Assembly: GCA_963513825.1 (NCBI GenBank)
Contig: CAUPRW010000035.1
Location: 1,403-65,402 of the forward strand
DNA: 64,000 nt
DNA from: an uncultured Duganella sp.
Lineage (GTDB): Bacteria; Pseudomonadota; Gammaproteobacteria; Burkholderiales; Burkholderiaceae_D
Reading direction: 5' to 3'
Positions within the stretch are counted from its first letter, which is position 1. Every line of letters starts with the position of its first letter. The position numbers were made by a program, and so were the translations under genes. Below the pieces are notes generated by a model. The model was not told the origin of the DNA. It made no database searches and saw only the letters and a list, made by a program, of their open reading frames with translations. Below, piece by piece: positions 23,489 to 31,800 of this stretch.

Positions 23489-24457
23489 CTACAGCCAGCC
23501 GGAGCGCTTGAAGCGGCGGTACAGGCCCAGGCACACCAGCACCATCACGGTGAGCGCCATCGGATAGCCGTACTTCCAGTCCAGTTCGGGCATGTACTTG
23601 AAATTCATGCCCCACAGGCCGGCGAAGGCGGTGACGATGGCGAAGATCGCCGCCCACGCCGCCAGCCGCTTGTTCACTTCGCTCTCCTCGATGGCCGTCA
23701 TCGACAGGTTGACCTGGATCGCGGTGGCGATGGTGTCGCGGATGGTGTCGAGCGAGGCGGTGATGCGGTGCAGGTGGTCGTGCACGTCGCGGAAGTAATC
23801 CTGGGTATCGAGGCACATGGCCGGCACGCGCCCGCCGTGCAGGCGGCCGACGGCCTCCATCAGCGGCGCGACGACGTGGCGCACGGTCGTCACCTTGCCC
23901 TTGAGTTCGTAGAGGCGCTCGATGTTGTCGCGCTGCTTGCCGCGGCTGAAGATGAGTTCCTCGATCTTCTCCAGTTCCGTCTCGAGCATGTCGAGCACGG
24001 GGAAGTAGCGGTCGACGACGGCGTCCATCAGCGCGTACAGCACGAAGGCCGGTCCCAGGCGCAGCATGTGCGGCTCGCGTTCGGCGCGCGCGCGCACGCC
24101 CAGGAAGCCGTGCTGGCTCTCGGCGTCGCGCGAGGACAGGATATAGTTCTGGCCGACGAAGATATCGACCTCGCCGACGGCCACGTCGCCGTCGCGGCAC
24201 TCGATGGTCTTGACCACCACGAACAGCGAATCGCCGTACTCCTCGATCTTCGGGCGCTGATGGCCGCGGCTGGCGTCCTCGACGGCCAGCTCGTGCAGGC
24301 CGAACTCGTGCTGCATCGTCTTCAGTTCGTCCGGTTCGGCGCCGCGCAGGGCCACCCACACGAACACCTCCGGGCGCTCCATATAATCGCTGATTTCCTC
24401 GACCGGGATATCATCGAGCTTCTGGCCATCCTGATAGGCCACACAATTAATCAACAT
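23489..24457 (-). CDS. corA: CorA-family magnesium/cobalt transporter
   Basis: MLINCVAYQDG... and a C-terminal GMNFKYMPEL (GMN motif) followed by two TM helices. ATG 24457 preferred over TTG 24463. Confidence 0.9.
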   Translation of the reverse strand: MLINCVAYQDGQKLDDIPVEEISDYMERPEVFVWVALRGAEPDELKTMQHEFGLHELAVEDASRGHQRPKIEEYGDSLFVVVKTIECRDGDVAVGEVDIFVGQNYILSSRDAESQHGFLGVRARAEREPHMLRLGPAFVLYALMDAVVDRYFPVLDMLETELEKIEELIFSRGKQRDNIERLYELKGKVTTVRHVVAPLMEAVGRLHGGRVPAMCLDTQDYFRDVHDHLHRITASLDTIRDTIATAIQVNLSMTAIEESEVNKRLAAWAAIFAIVTAFAGLWGMNFKYMPELDWKYGYPMALTVMVLVCLGLYRRFKRSGWL

Positions 24458-24525
24458 ACGCAATCCATAAAAAAAAAGCCCCTGGCCTCGTCAGCCAAGA
24501 GCTTACCTGAAAGTACAAACTTCCA

Positions 24526-24614
24526 TCGGGGTCAAGTCTGTCATTTGGACACGAGGTCAGCCGTATTGCGTTTATACGGCTGACCTCGTGTCCAAATGTC
24601 AGACTTGACCCCGA
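24526..24614. repeat. family-A hairpin element, full copy (89-nt near-perfect palindrome)
   Basis: Arms TCGGGGTCAAGTCTG(T/A)CATTTGGACACGAGGTCAGCCGTAT, 7-nt loop, one mismatch. The outer ~30 nt are shared with 45929-45960 and 53342-53426. Confidence 0.9.
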
Positions 24615-24619
24615 CGTTG

Positions 24620-26137
24620 TTAATCGTCCTTGGCGCCGTCGATGCCGAGCTCGGCGATCTTGCGGGTGATGGTGTTGCGGCCGATCCCGAGCCGCACCGC
24701 GGCGTCGTTCTTGCGCCCGTGCGTGTGCTTGAGCGCGGTGCGGATCAGCGCCGATTCGAATTGCCGCCCCAGCACCGCCATCACTTCCTGCTGGCCGCCG
24801 CTGAGCATCGAGGCCGCTTGCGTTTCAAGCAGGCCGAGCCAGGCGTCCGGCGCGCCCGCCGCGGCCTCCGCCGTCGGCACCGCCACCACCGTGCCGTGGT
24901 GCTGGACCGGCGCGTAGCTGTCGGCCGGCGCCGCCAGGCCGGCGCCTACGCCCGTGCCCAGCGCGGCCTGCCCGCCGCCGCCCTGCTCCTGCGTCAGCTC
25001 CAGCGGCAAGTCCTTGACTTCGACCGTTTGCCCCGGCGCCATCACGGTGATCCAGTTGCACAGGTTTTCCAGCTGGCGCACATTGCCCGGCAAGTCCAGC
25101 CCGCTGAGGAACTGCACCGTCGCCTCGCTCATACGCTTGGCCTCCACCCCCAGCTGCTTGGCGCTTTGCACCAGGAAGTGGCGCACCAAAATGGGGATGT
25201 CCTCGCGCCGTTCCCTCAAACTGGGCAGGCGCAGGCGGATCACGTTGAGGCGGTGGAACAAGTCTTCGCGGAACAGGCCTTCGCGCACGCGCTGCTCCAG
25301 ATTTTGGTGCGTGGCGGTGATCACGCGCACGTTCGCCTTCAACGGCTGGTGCCCGCCGACCCGGTAGAAGTGGCCGTCCGACAGCACCCGCAACAGCCGC
25401 GTTTGCAGGTCGAACGGCATGTCGCCGATCTCGTCGAGGAACAGGGTGCCGTTCTCGGCCTGCTCGAAGCGGCCGCGCCGCGTCGTCTGCGCGCCGGTGA
25501 AGGCGCCGCGCTCGTGGCCGAACAGTTCGGACTCGAGCAAATCCTTGGGGATGGCCGCCGTGTTGAGCGCGATGAACGGTTGCTGCGCGCGCGGGCTGTG
25601 CTTGTGCAGCGCGCGCGCCACCAGCTCCTTGCCCGAGCCCGACTCGCCGGTGATGAGCACCGTCACGTTCGATTGCGACAGGCGGCCGATGGCGCGGAAC
25701 ACTTCCTGCATCGCCGGCGCCTGGCCGAGGATTTCGGGCGTCTCCGACGGCCCCGATTCGACGCTGGTCTCGCGCAGGCTCTCGTCGAGCGCGCGGCGGA
25801 TCAGCTCGACCGCCTTGTCGATGTCGAACGGCTTGGCCAGGTATTCGAAGGCGCCGCCCTGGAACGCGGCCACGGCCGAGTCCAGATCCGAGAAGGCGGT
25901 GATGATGATCACCGGCAGCCCGGGGTAGCGCGATTTGACCAGCTGCAGCAGGTCGAGGCCGGAGTCGCCCGGCATGCGGATGTCCGACACCAGCACCTGC
26001 GGCGTTTCAAACTCCAGCGCGGCGATCGCGTCGCGCGCGTTGGCAAAACTCTTGGTGGCCAGGTTTTCCCGGGCCAGCGCTTTTTCCAGTACCCAGCGGA
26101 TCGATTCGTCGTCGTCTACTATCCAGATTGGCTTCAT
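24620..26137 (-). CDS. ntrC: nitrogen regulation protein NR(I), sigma-54-dependent response regulator
   Basis: Receiver domain (MKPIWIVDDDESIRWVL), AAA+ sigma-54 activator motifs (GESGSGKE, GAFTGA) and a C-terminal HTH. Sits downstream of ntrB. Confidence 0.94.
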   Translation of the reverse strand: MKPIWIVDDDESIRWVLEKALARENLATKSFANARDAIAALEFETPQVLVSDIRMPGDSGLDLLQLVKSRYPGLPVIIITAFSDLDSAVAAFQGGAFEYLAKPFDIDKAVELIRRALDESLRETSVESGPSETPEILGQAPAMQEVFRAIGRLSQSNVTVLITGESGSGKELVARALHKHSPRAQQPFIALNTAAIPKDLLESELFGHERGAFTGAQTTRRGRFEQAENGTLFLDEIGDMPFDLQTRLLRVLSDGHFYRVGGHQPLKANVRVITATHQNLEQRVREGLFREDLFHRLNVIRLRLPSLRERREDIPILVRHFLVQSAKQLGVEAKRMSEATVQFLSGLDLPGNVRQLENLCNWITVMAPGQTVEVKDLPLELTQEQGGGGQAALGTGVGAGLAAPADSYAPVQHHGTVVAVPTAEAAAGAPDAWLGLLETQAASMLSGGQQEVMAVLGRQFESALIRTALKHTHGRKNDAAVRLGIGRNTITRKIAELGIDGAKDD

Positions 26138-26206
26138 TGTTTGTGTATATCCCGCAATATGGATCGTCAATCAAGGGACTCGGCACCCGCCCCTGCTTGC
26201 CACGGC

Positions 26207-27319
26207 TTATGGCAACGGCAGCAGGATACGGAAATCCGTATATCCAGGCCGGCTCTCGCATTCGATCACGCCCATGTGCTGCTGCACGAAGGTCTGCGCC
26301 AAAGTCAGGCCCAGGCCGCTGCCGCCCTCCCGGCCCGACACCAGCGGGTAGAAGATACGGTCGCGGATCTGGGGTGCGATGCCCGGTCCATTGTCAATGA
26401 TATGCAAGTCTAATGCCAGCCCGTAGCGGACCTTGGCCAACGTCACTTGCCGGGCCACCCGCGTCTTCAGAACGATCTGCGCGTCGCCGGCCTCGATTTG
26501 TGAAGCGAGCGCTTGCGCGGCGTTGTGGGCGATGTTGAGCACCGTCTGGATCAGCTGCTCCTTGTCGCCGCGGAACTCGGGAATCGAGGCGTCGTAGTCG
26601 CGCAAAATCGTCAGCCCGGACGGGAACTCGGCCAGCATCAGGCTGCGCACGCGCTCGAGCACCTCGTGGATGTTGACGTCGCCGACGATGTGCGGCCGCC
26701 GGTGCGGCGCCAGCAGCCGGTCGACCAGAGTCTGCAGCCGGTCGGCCTCCTTGATGATGACCTGCGTGTATTCGCGCAGCTGGACCGCGTGCAGCGCCGG
26801 CAGCTCCATCTCGAGCAACTGCGCGGCGCCGCGGATGCCGCCGAGCGGGTTCTTGATCTCGTGCGCCAGGTTGCGGATCAGCTCCTTGTTGACCTGGCTC
26901 TGGTCGAGGATGCGCTCCTCGCGGTCGAGCTTGAGGTGCTGCAGGTGCTCGCGCAGTTCGATGAGGATGTGCTCGGCCGGCTCGTCGAGCGCCGAGACGA
27001 TGCTGTGCACGTGCAAAGGATCGCGCCCGGCCCGCTCCAGCGTCAAATCCTGGCGCAGGTCGGAGAACTTGTGCTCGCGCGCCTGGGCGCAGATGTGATC
27101 GAGCTCGTCGGGGTTGAGGAACTGCGCCGTCAGCTTCTGGCGCGTCAGCGCCTTGAGCGAGCTCTCGAGCAGATTCTCGGCGGCCGCGTTGGCGTAGGCG
27201 ATGCGGCCCTCGGCGTCGAGCAGCACCACGGCCGAGGCCAGCAGTTCGAGGCCGGCCAGCGCCGGCGGACGGTTCATGGCGGCCGCCGCGCGGGCGGCGA
27301 TAGTGCTGACCAAACTCAT
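26207..27319 (-). CDS. ntrB: nitrogen regulation sensor histidine kinase NR(II)
   Basis: PAS-like N-terminus, H-box (LAHEIKNPLGGIRGAAQLL) and an HATPase_c region (IIDNGPGI...GGSGLGL); 370 aa. Confidence 0.92.
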   Translation of the reverse strand: MSLVSTIAARAAAAMNRPPALAGLELLASAVVLLDAEGRIAYANAAAENLLESSLKALTRQKLTAQFLNPDELDHICAQAREHKFSDLRQDLTLERAGRDPLHVHSIVSALDEPAEHILIELREHLQHLKLDREERILDQSQVNKELIRNLAHEIKNPLGGIRGAAQLLEMELPALHAVQLREYTQVIIKEADRLQTLVDRLLAPHRRPHIVGDVNIHEVLERVRSLMLAEFPSGLTILRDYDASIPEFRGDKEQLIQTVLNIAHNAAQALASQIEAGDAQIVLKTRVARQVTLAKVRYGLALDLHIIDNGPGIAPQIRDRIFYPLVSGREGGSGLGLTLAQTFVQQHMGVIECESRPGYTDFRILLPLP

Positions 27320-27329
27320 AGCGCTTCTT

Positions 27330-27941
27330 TCATCGGATAGTGGCGATTTCGCGTTTTAGGGCTTCGATATTCTTTTCCGAGCGGCTGATGCTGTCACGCA
27401 TGGCGGCCACCCGCTCCTGGTACTTGGCGTAGTTGCGCTCGTCGCCGCGGCGTTCCGGCTGGCCGCCGTTGAACTCGCCGCGCAGGGCGTTGAGCTTTTG
27501 CGTTTCGTTTTTCAGCTCGTCTTCCAGTATCGCGCGGCGGTCGGCGTCGCGCGCGCGCTGCTCGGCGCCGTCGACGCGGGGAAAGTCGCCCGGCGCGATC
27601 GCCGGCGCGGCCGGCGCGGCCGCGCCGGTGGACGCGCCGCCCTGCCCGCTCCCGCGCGTCGCCGGCCCCTGCCGCTTGGGCGGCGCCGGGATCGCCAGCC
27701 CGGGCAAGTCCATCGCCTTGCAAAAGCTACCGCGATAAATATCGGTGTATTCGGTGCCGCCGTTCGGCGGCGTGCATTTGTAGATCACTTGCGCCCGCGC
27801 CGGTCCCGGGGCCACCAGCGCCAGCAACAAGGCCAGCGCCACGCCCGCCGGCAAAAAACCGGACGCCAAACCGGACGCCAAACCCGGCCCCGGCGCGGCG
27901 CCGGACCCGGCCCGTCCGCATCTCTTGAAACTCATCGTCAT
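27330..27941 (-). CDS. DUF4124-domain protein (secreted or anchored, coiled-coil C-terminus)
   Basis: VIYKCTPPNGGTEYTDIYRGSFC matches the DUF4124 pattern. It lies 10 nt upstream of ntrB, the usual position in the glnA / hypothetical-ntrBC arrangement of Burkholderiales. Confidence 0.7.
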   Translation of the reverse strand: MTMSFKRCGRAGSGAAPGPGLASGLASGFLPAGVALALLLALVAPGPARAQVIYKCTPPNGGTEYTDIYRGSFCKAMDLPGLAIPAPPKRQGPATRGSGQGGASTGAAAPAAPAIAPGDFPRVDGAEQRARDADRRAILEDELKNETQKLNALRGEFNGGQPERRGDERNYAKYQERVAAMRDSISRSEKNIEALKREIATIR

Positions 27942-27985
27942 TCGTCATCCGTGGGGGAACACTCCCTCCTGACTATACAACATCC

Positions 27986-28028
27986 AAACAAAAACGCGGG
28001 GAAAGCACTGGCTTTCCCCGCGTTTTTT
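27986..28028. terminator. terminator after glnA (bidirectional geometry)
   Basis: CGCGGGGAAAGC-ACTG-GCTTTCCCCGCG flanked by an A-run and a T6 run. A second hairpin CGCATCGGC-AA-GCCGATGCG lies at 28039-28059. Confidence 0.85.
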
Positions 28029-28065
28029 GCCTCGTCACGCGCATCGGCAAGCCGATGCGTTGTGA

Positions 28066-29481
28066 TTACAGCGAGTAGTACATGTCGAACTCGGCAGGGT
28101 GCGTGGTCATGCGCATGCGCTGCACGTCCTGCATCTTCAGTTCGATGTAGGCATCGATCATCGAATCGCTGAACACGCCGCCACGGGTCAGGAACTCGCG
28201 GTCTTTGTTCAGGTTGTCCAGCGCCTCTTCCAGCGACGAGCAGACGGTCGGGATCAGCGCGTCTTCTTCCGGCGGCAGGTGGTACAGGTCTTTCGATGCC
28301 GCTTCGCCCGGGTGGATCTTGTTGGCGATACCGTCCAGGCCGGCCATCAGCAGCGCGGCGAAGCACAGGTACACGTTCGCCAGTGGATCAGGGAAACGGG
28401 TTTCGATACGACGGCCTTTTGGATTGGCGACGTGCGGAATGCGGATCGAGGCCGAACGGTTCTTGGCCGAGTACGCCAGCTTGACCGGTGCTTCGAAGCC
28501 TGGCACCAGGCGCTTGTACGAGTTGGTGCCCGGGTTGGTGATGGCGTTCAGTGCCTTGGCGTGCTTGATGATGCCGCCGATGTAGTACAGCGCCGTTTCC
28601 GACAGGCCGGCATAGCCGTCGCCGGCGAACAGGTTGACGCCGTCCTTCCAGATCGACTGGTGCACGTGCATGCCCGAACCGTTGTCGCCAACGATAGGCT
28701 TCGGCATGAAGGTGGCGGTTTTGCCATAGCTGTGGGCGACGTTCCAGACCACGTATTTCAGGTTCTGGGTCCAGTCGGCGCGCTCGACCAGGGTCGAGAA
28801 CTTGGTGCCGATTTCATTCTGGCCGGCGCCGGCCACTTCGTGGTGGTGCACTTCGACCGGGATGCCCAGCGATTCGAGGATCAGGCACATTTCCGAACGC
28901 ATGTCCTGGAAGCTGTCGACCGGTGGCACCGGGAAGTAGCCGCCCTTGACGGTCGGACGGTGGCCGCTGTTGCCGCCTTCGAGCTTCTCGCCGGTGGTCC
29001 ACGACGCTTCGTCGGAGTCGATCTTGACGAAGCAGCCCGACATGTCGATCTTCCAGCGCACGCTGTCGAAGATGAAGAATTCAGGTTCCGGGCCGAAGTA
29101 GGCGGTGTCGCCCATGCCCGACGATTTCAGGTAGGCTTCGGCGCGCTTGGCGATCGAGCGCGGGTCGCGGTCGTAGCCCTTGCCGTCGGCCGGCTCGATG
29201 ACGTCGCACTGCATGAACAGCGTGGTCTCTTCCATGAACGGATCGATGTTGGCCGTGTTTGGATCCGGCAGCAGGATCATGTCCGATGCTTCGATGCCCT
29301 TCCAGCCGGCGATCGAGGAACCGTCGAACGCGTGACCCGATTCGAACTTGTCCATGTCGAAGTGCGACACGGGCACGGTGACGTGCTGTTCTTTACCACG
29401 GGTATCGGCGAAACGGAAATCAACGAATTTGACTTCGTTTTCCTGGACCATTTTCAAGACTTCTGCGGCTGTCATTGCCAT
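28066..29481 (-). CDS. glnA: type I glutamine synthetase
   Basis: 471 aa, full-length GSI ([33 protein letters not shown]...) including an adenylylation-site region. Sigma-54 promoter and NtrC sites upstream. Confidence 0.97.
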   Translation of the reverse strand: MAMTAAEVLKMVQENEVKFVDFRFADTRGKEQHVTVPVSHFDMDKFESGHAFDGSSIAGWKGIEASDMILLPDPNTANIDPFMEETTLFMQCDVIEPADGKGYDRDPRSIAKRAEAYLKSSGMGDTAYFGPEPEFFIFDSVRWKIDMSGCFVKIDSDEASWTTGEKLEGGNSGHRPTVKGGYFPVPPVDSFQDMRSEMCLILESLGIPVEVHHHEVAGAGQNEIGTKFSTLVERADWTQNLKYVVWNVAHSYGKTATFMPKPIVGDNGSGMHVHQSIWKDGVNLFAGDGYAGLSETALYYIGGIIKHAKALNAITNPGTNSYKRLVPGFEAPVKLAYSAKNRSASIRIPHVANPKGRRIETRFPDPLANVYLCFAALLMAGLDGIANKIHPGEAASKDLYHLPPEEDALIPTVCSSLEEALDNLNKDREFLTRGGVFSDSMIDAYIELKMQDVQRMRMTTHPAEFDMYYSL

Positions 29482-29525
29482 GCGTATCTCCTAAAGGAAT
29501 GTGTGTAACTGGTGCGCTCTCTATA

Positions 29526-29541
29526 AGCAGTATCCATGCCA
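29526..29541 (-). promoter_or_regulatory. sigma-54 (-24/-12) promoter of glnA
   Basis: The reverse strand reads TGGCATGGATACTGCT. GG and GC have the canonical spacing of TGGCAC-N5-TTGC. Lies about 45 nt upstream of the glnA ATG. Confidence 0.8.
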
Positions 29542-29647
29542 GCCTGAAACTCATAACCATATATTCATAGCGTCTTGGAACTCGCCGATAAAAGGCACTA
29601 AAATCGCCCGGCGAGCCAAGTTGCCACTATTTACAGCAAATCAATTC

Positions 29648-29664
29648 TGCACCAAAGTGGTGCA
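29648..29664. promoter_or_regulatory. NtrC binding site (perfect consensus)
   Basis: TGCACCAAAGTGGTGCA matches TGCACC-N5-GGTGCA exactly. About 110-140 bp upstream of the sigma-54 promoter. Confidence 0.85.
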
Positions 29665-29677
29665 AATCGCTCGAAAC

Positions 29678-29693
29678 GCACCTGTTTTGTGCA
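29678..29693. promoter_or_regulatory. NtrC-like half-conserved site
   Basis: GCACCTGTTTTGTGCA, an imperfect dyad, 14 nt from the first site. Confidence 0.6.
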
Positions 29694-29715
29694 ATTTAAC
29701 GATTTCATGCGAAAT

Positions 29716-29732
29716 TGCACTGCCTTGGTGCG
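29716..29732. promoter_or_regulatory. NtrC-like binding site
   Basis: TGCACTGCCTTGGTGCG, close to the TGCACC-N5-GGTGCA consensus. Confidence 0.65.
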
Positions 29733-29795
29733 CCATCGTCTCCGACGTGCACAGGACGCCTATAATAAACTCAATCTTATTTGGAGGGACATGCC

Positions 29796-30254
29796 ATGAG
29801 CAAAATAGACGAGATCCTGGCCGTGGCGCGGGCGCGCAGCAAGGACTGGCCCTATGCGGGCGCGGTCACGCCGCAGGAGGCTTACGAGCTGATCAGCGCC
29901 GACAACGCGGTCAAGCTGGTCGATGTCCGCACCCATGCCGAGCGCGACTGGGTCGGGCGGGTCGCCATCCCCGAGGCCCAACATGGTGCGGTGCAGTGGA
30001 GTTTGTATCCGGGCGGCATTGCCAACCATGAATTTATCGAGCAGTTGAACTCGGTGGCGCGCAAGGACCAGGTGATTTTATTCCTGTGCCGCTCCGGCGT
30101 GCGCTCGCGTGGTGCGGCCAAGCTGGCCACCGAGCACGGCTACCAGCACTGCTACGACATCCTCGAAGGCTTCGAGGGCGACAAGGATGAGCACCACCAC
30201 CGCCGCAACATCGGCGGCTGGTGCAAGGCCGGCTTGCCGTGGACGGGCGCGTAA
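29796..30254 (+). CDS. rhodanese-like domain protein
   Basis: GGAGGG SD before ATG 29796. Active-site loop LFLCRSGVRSRGAA (CRxGxR), 152 aa. Confidence 0.85.
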   Translation: MSKIDEILAVARARSKDWPYAGAVTPQEAYELISADNAVKLVDVRTHAERDWVGRVAIPEAQHGAVQWSLYPGGIANHEFIEQLNSVARKDQVILFLCRSGVRSRGAAKLATEHGYQHCYDILEGFEGDKDEHHHRRNIGGWCKAGLPWTGA

Positions 30255-30282
30255 GTCAACCCCGCGAGGCGTTTCGAACCGC

Positions 30283-30327
30283 CACCGGCCCGTGCCGGTG
30301 GGGACGTACCCCCAGGGGTACGTCCCC
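30283..30327. repeat. family-B palindrome copy 1 with adjacent small hairpin
   Basis: CACCGGC-CCGT-GCCGGTG followed by GGGGACGTACCCC-CA-GGGGTACGTCCCC, between the convergent rhodanese and TAXI genes. Confidence 0.88.
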
Positions 30328-30354
30328 GGTGTGGCTCGGGGGTAAAAGCCCGCC

Positions 30355-31737
30355 TCACACCGGCACCGCCAAGGTCCCGGCCGGCGCCCCCTCCCCCATC
30401 AAAAACTGGATCCGCTTGCGCACGAACTGGATATGGCTGCGCAGCCCGTACAAGCCATCGGCGAACGACAGCGGAATCGAGATCTGATTGACCAGCTCCT
30501 CGATCTCGTCGAGCCGCTTGAGCTGTTGCTCGTAGACCTGCATCCGGCTCGCCTCCGGCGCGCCCTCGACCTGCTGCTCGACCGTGCGCAGCTGCCCGTA
30601 CCAGCGGTACACGCGCGAGCGGATCCGCCAAACATACAGCGGCGGAATAATGCGCGACAGCGGAATCACCAGCGCGCTCAGCGCCAGCACCACCACCCAC
30701 ATGCGGTCGAAGAAATTGGCCAGCCAGAACGTCATGTAGCGCTGCAGCAGCGGCGGCCCGTTCTTGTAATACTTGGCCGCCTCGGCGTCGACCGGAATCT
30801 CGGTGTACTTGGCCGACGGGAACTGCCCTTGCTGCTGGAACCAGCCGGCGCCGTTGTGGATGCTGCCGGCCGCCTGCACGAACAAATCGACCAGCGCCGG
30901 ATGCAGGTCGTCGCGCGCCACCAGCGTGGCGGTCGGCGCGATCAGGTTGTAATCCTCGGCCGGGATGTCGCGACCCAGGTCGACGATCCCCTGCGGCAGC
31001 ACCACGTGCGTGAGGAACGGCAACTTGCGCGCGTAGGCCTCGGCCTGGCTGAAGTTGAACAGCTTGATGCCCGGCGTTTGCAGCAGCATCTGGATCAGCG
31101 GCGCCTCGGGCGCGGAGGTAAACACCAGGCCGTCGATGCGCCCCTCGAGCAGCTCGACCGTGGCCGGCGTGTTGGCCAGCGAGAAGCGCTCGACGTCCTC
31201 CTTCTCCAGGCCGTTCAGCGAGAGCACCTGGCGGAACAGCCGCGGCGCGCCGGCGCCCTTGGGGCCGAAGTTGATTTTCATGCCCTTGAGCTGGCTGACC
31301 TGGGTGATGGGCTTGCCCTTGGTCTCGCGCAGGAACAGCCACAGCGGCTCGACGAACAGGCTGCCGAGCGAAGTCAAGCCCTCGCGTTCGGCGGCCTCCT
31401 CGTTGGTCGAGCCGCTCTGGACGAAGGCGATGTCGACTTCGCCGGCGCGCAGGCGGCGCAGGTTCTCGCCGGAGCCGGCCGACGGCACCAGGGTGACCTT
31501 GACGCCGTGCTTGGCCAGCGCGGCCGCGTATTTTTTGCCGAATTCCTCGTAGGCGCTGTTTTCCTGGCCGGTGGCCAGGCGCACCGTGCGCGGCGGTGCC
31601 GGGTCGACCAGCCAGTACGCCAGCAGGCAGACGCCGACGATCAGCGCGATGGTGGGGGCGGAGGCGACAAACAAGTCCCGCAGCGAGAATTGCGTGAACT
31701 TGAGGATTTTGGACATATGGTGGCGCATTGGTTTCAT
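30355..31737 (-). CDS. membrane-anchored TAXI-family (TRAP-type) solute-binding-like protein with C-terminal TM and helical tail
   Basis: N-terminal TM, then a TAXI-like core (RLATGQENSAYEEFGKKYAAAL...GENLRRLRAGEVDIAFVQSG...), a second TM (MWVVVLALSALVIPL) and a ~110-aa helical tail. The start is ambiguous (ATG 31737, 31728 or 31716). The track extension to 31962 runs through repeats. Confidence 0.75.
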   Translation of the reverse strand: MKPMRHHMSKILKFTQFSLRDLFVASAPTIALIVGVCLLAYWLVDPAPPRTVRLATGQENSAYEEFGKKYAAALAKHGVKVTLVPSAGSGENLRRLRAGEVDIAFVQSGSTNEEAAEREGLTSLGSLFVEPLWLFLRETKGKPITQVSQLKGMKINFGPKGAGAPRLFRQVLSLNGLEKEDVERFSLANTPATVELLEGRIDGLVFTSAPEAPLIQMLLQTPGIKLFNFSQAEAYARKLPFLTHVVLPQGIVDLGRDIPAEDYNLIAPTATLVARDDLHPALVDLFVQAAGSIHNGAGWFQQQGQFPSAKYTEIPVDAEAAKYYKNGPPLLQRYMTFWLANFFDRMWVVVLALSALVIPLSRIIPPLYVWRIRSRVYRWYGQLRTVEQQVEGAPEASRMQVYEQQLKRLDEIEELVNQISIPLSFADGLYGLRSHIQFVRKRIQFLMGEGAPAGTLAVPV

Positions 31738-31800
31738 GGGCTCATACCATGCCAACAAATGGGCGATTATGCAAGGGAATTGGGGGTAAGGCGCGATTGC

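Noticed and set aside
27727-27948. 73-aa minus-strand ORF starting nearer the AGGAGG at about 27975
   Set aside because: It is out of frame with the DUF4124 protein and translates to Arg/Gly-rich nonsense. The DUF4124 frame has the signal-like segment and the domain motif.
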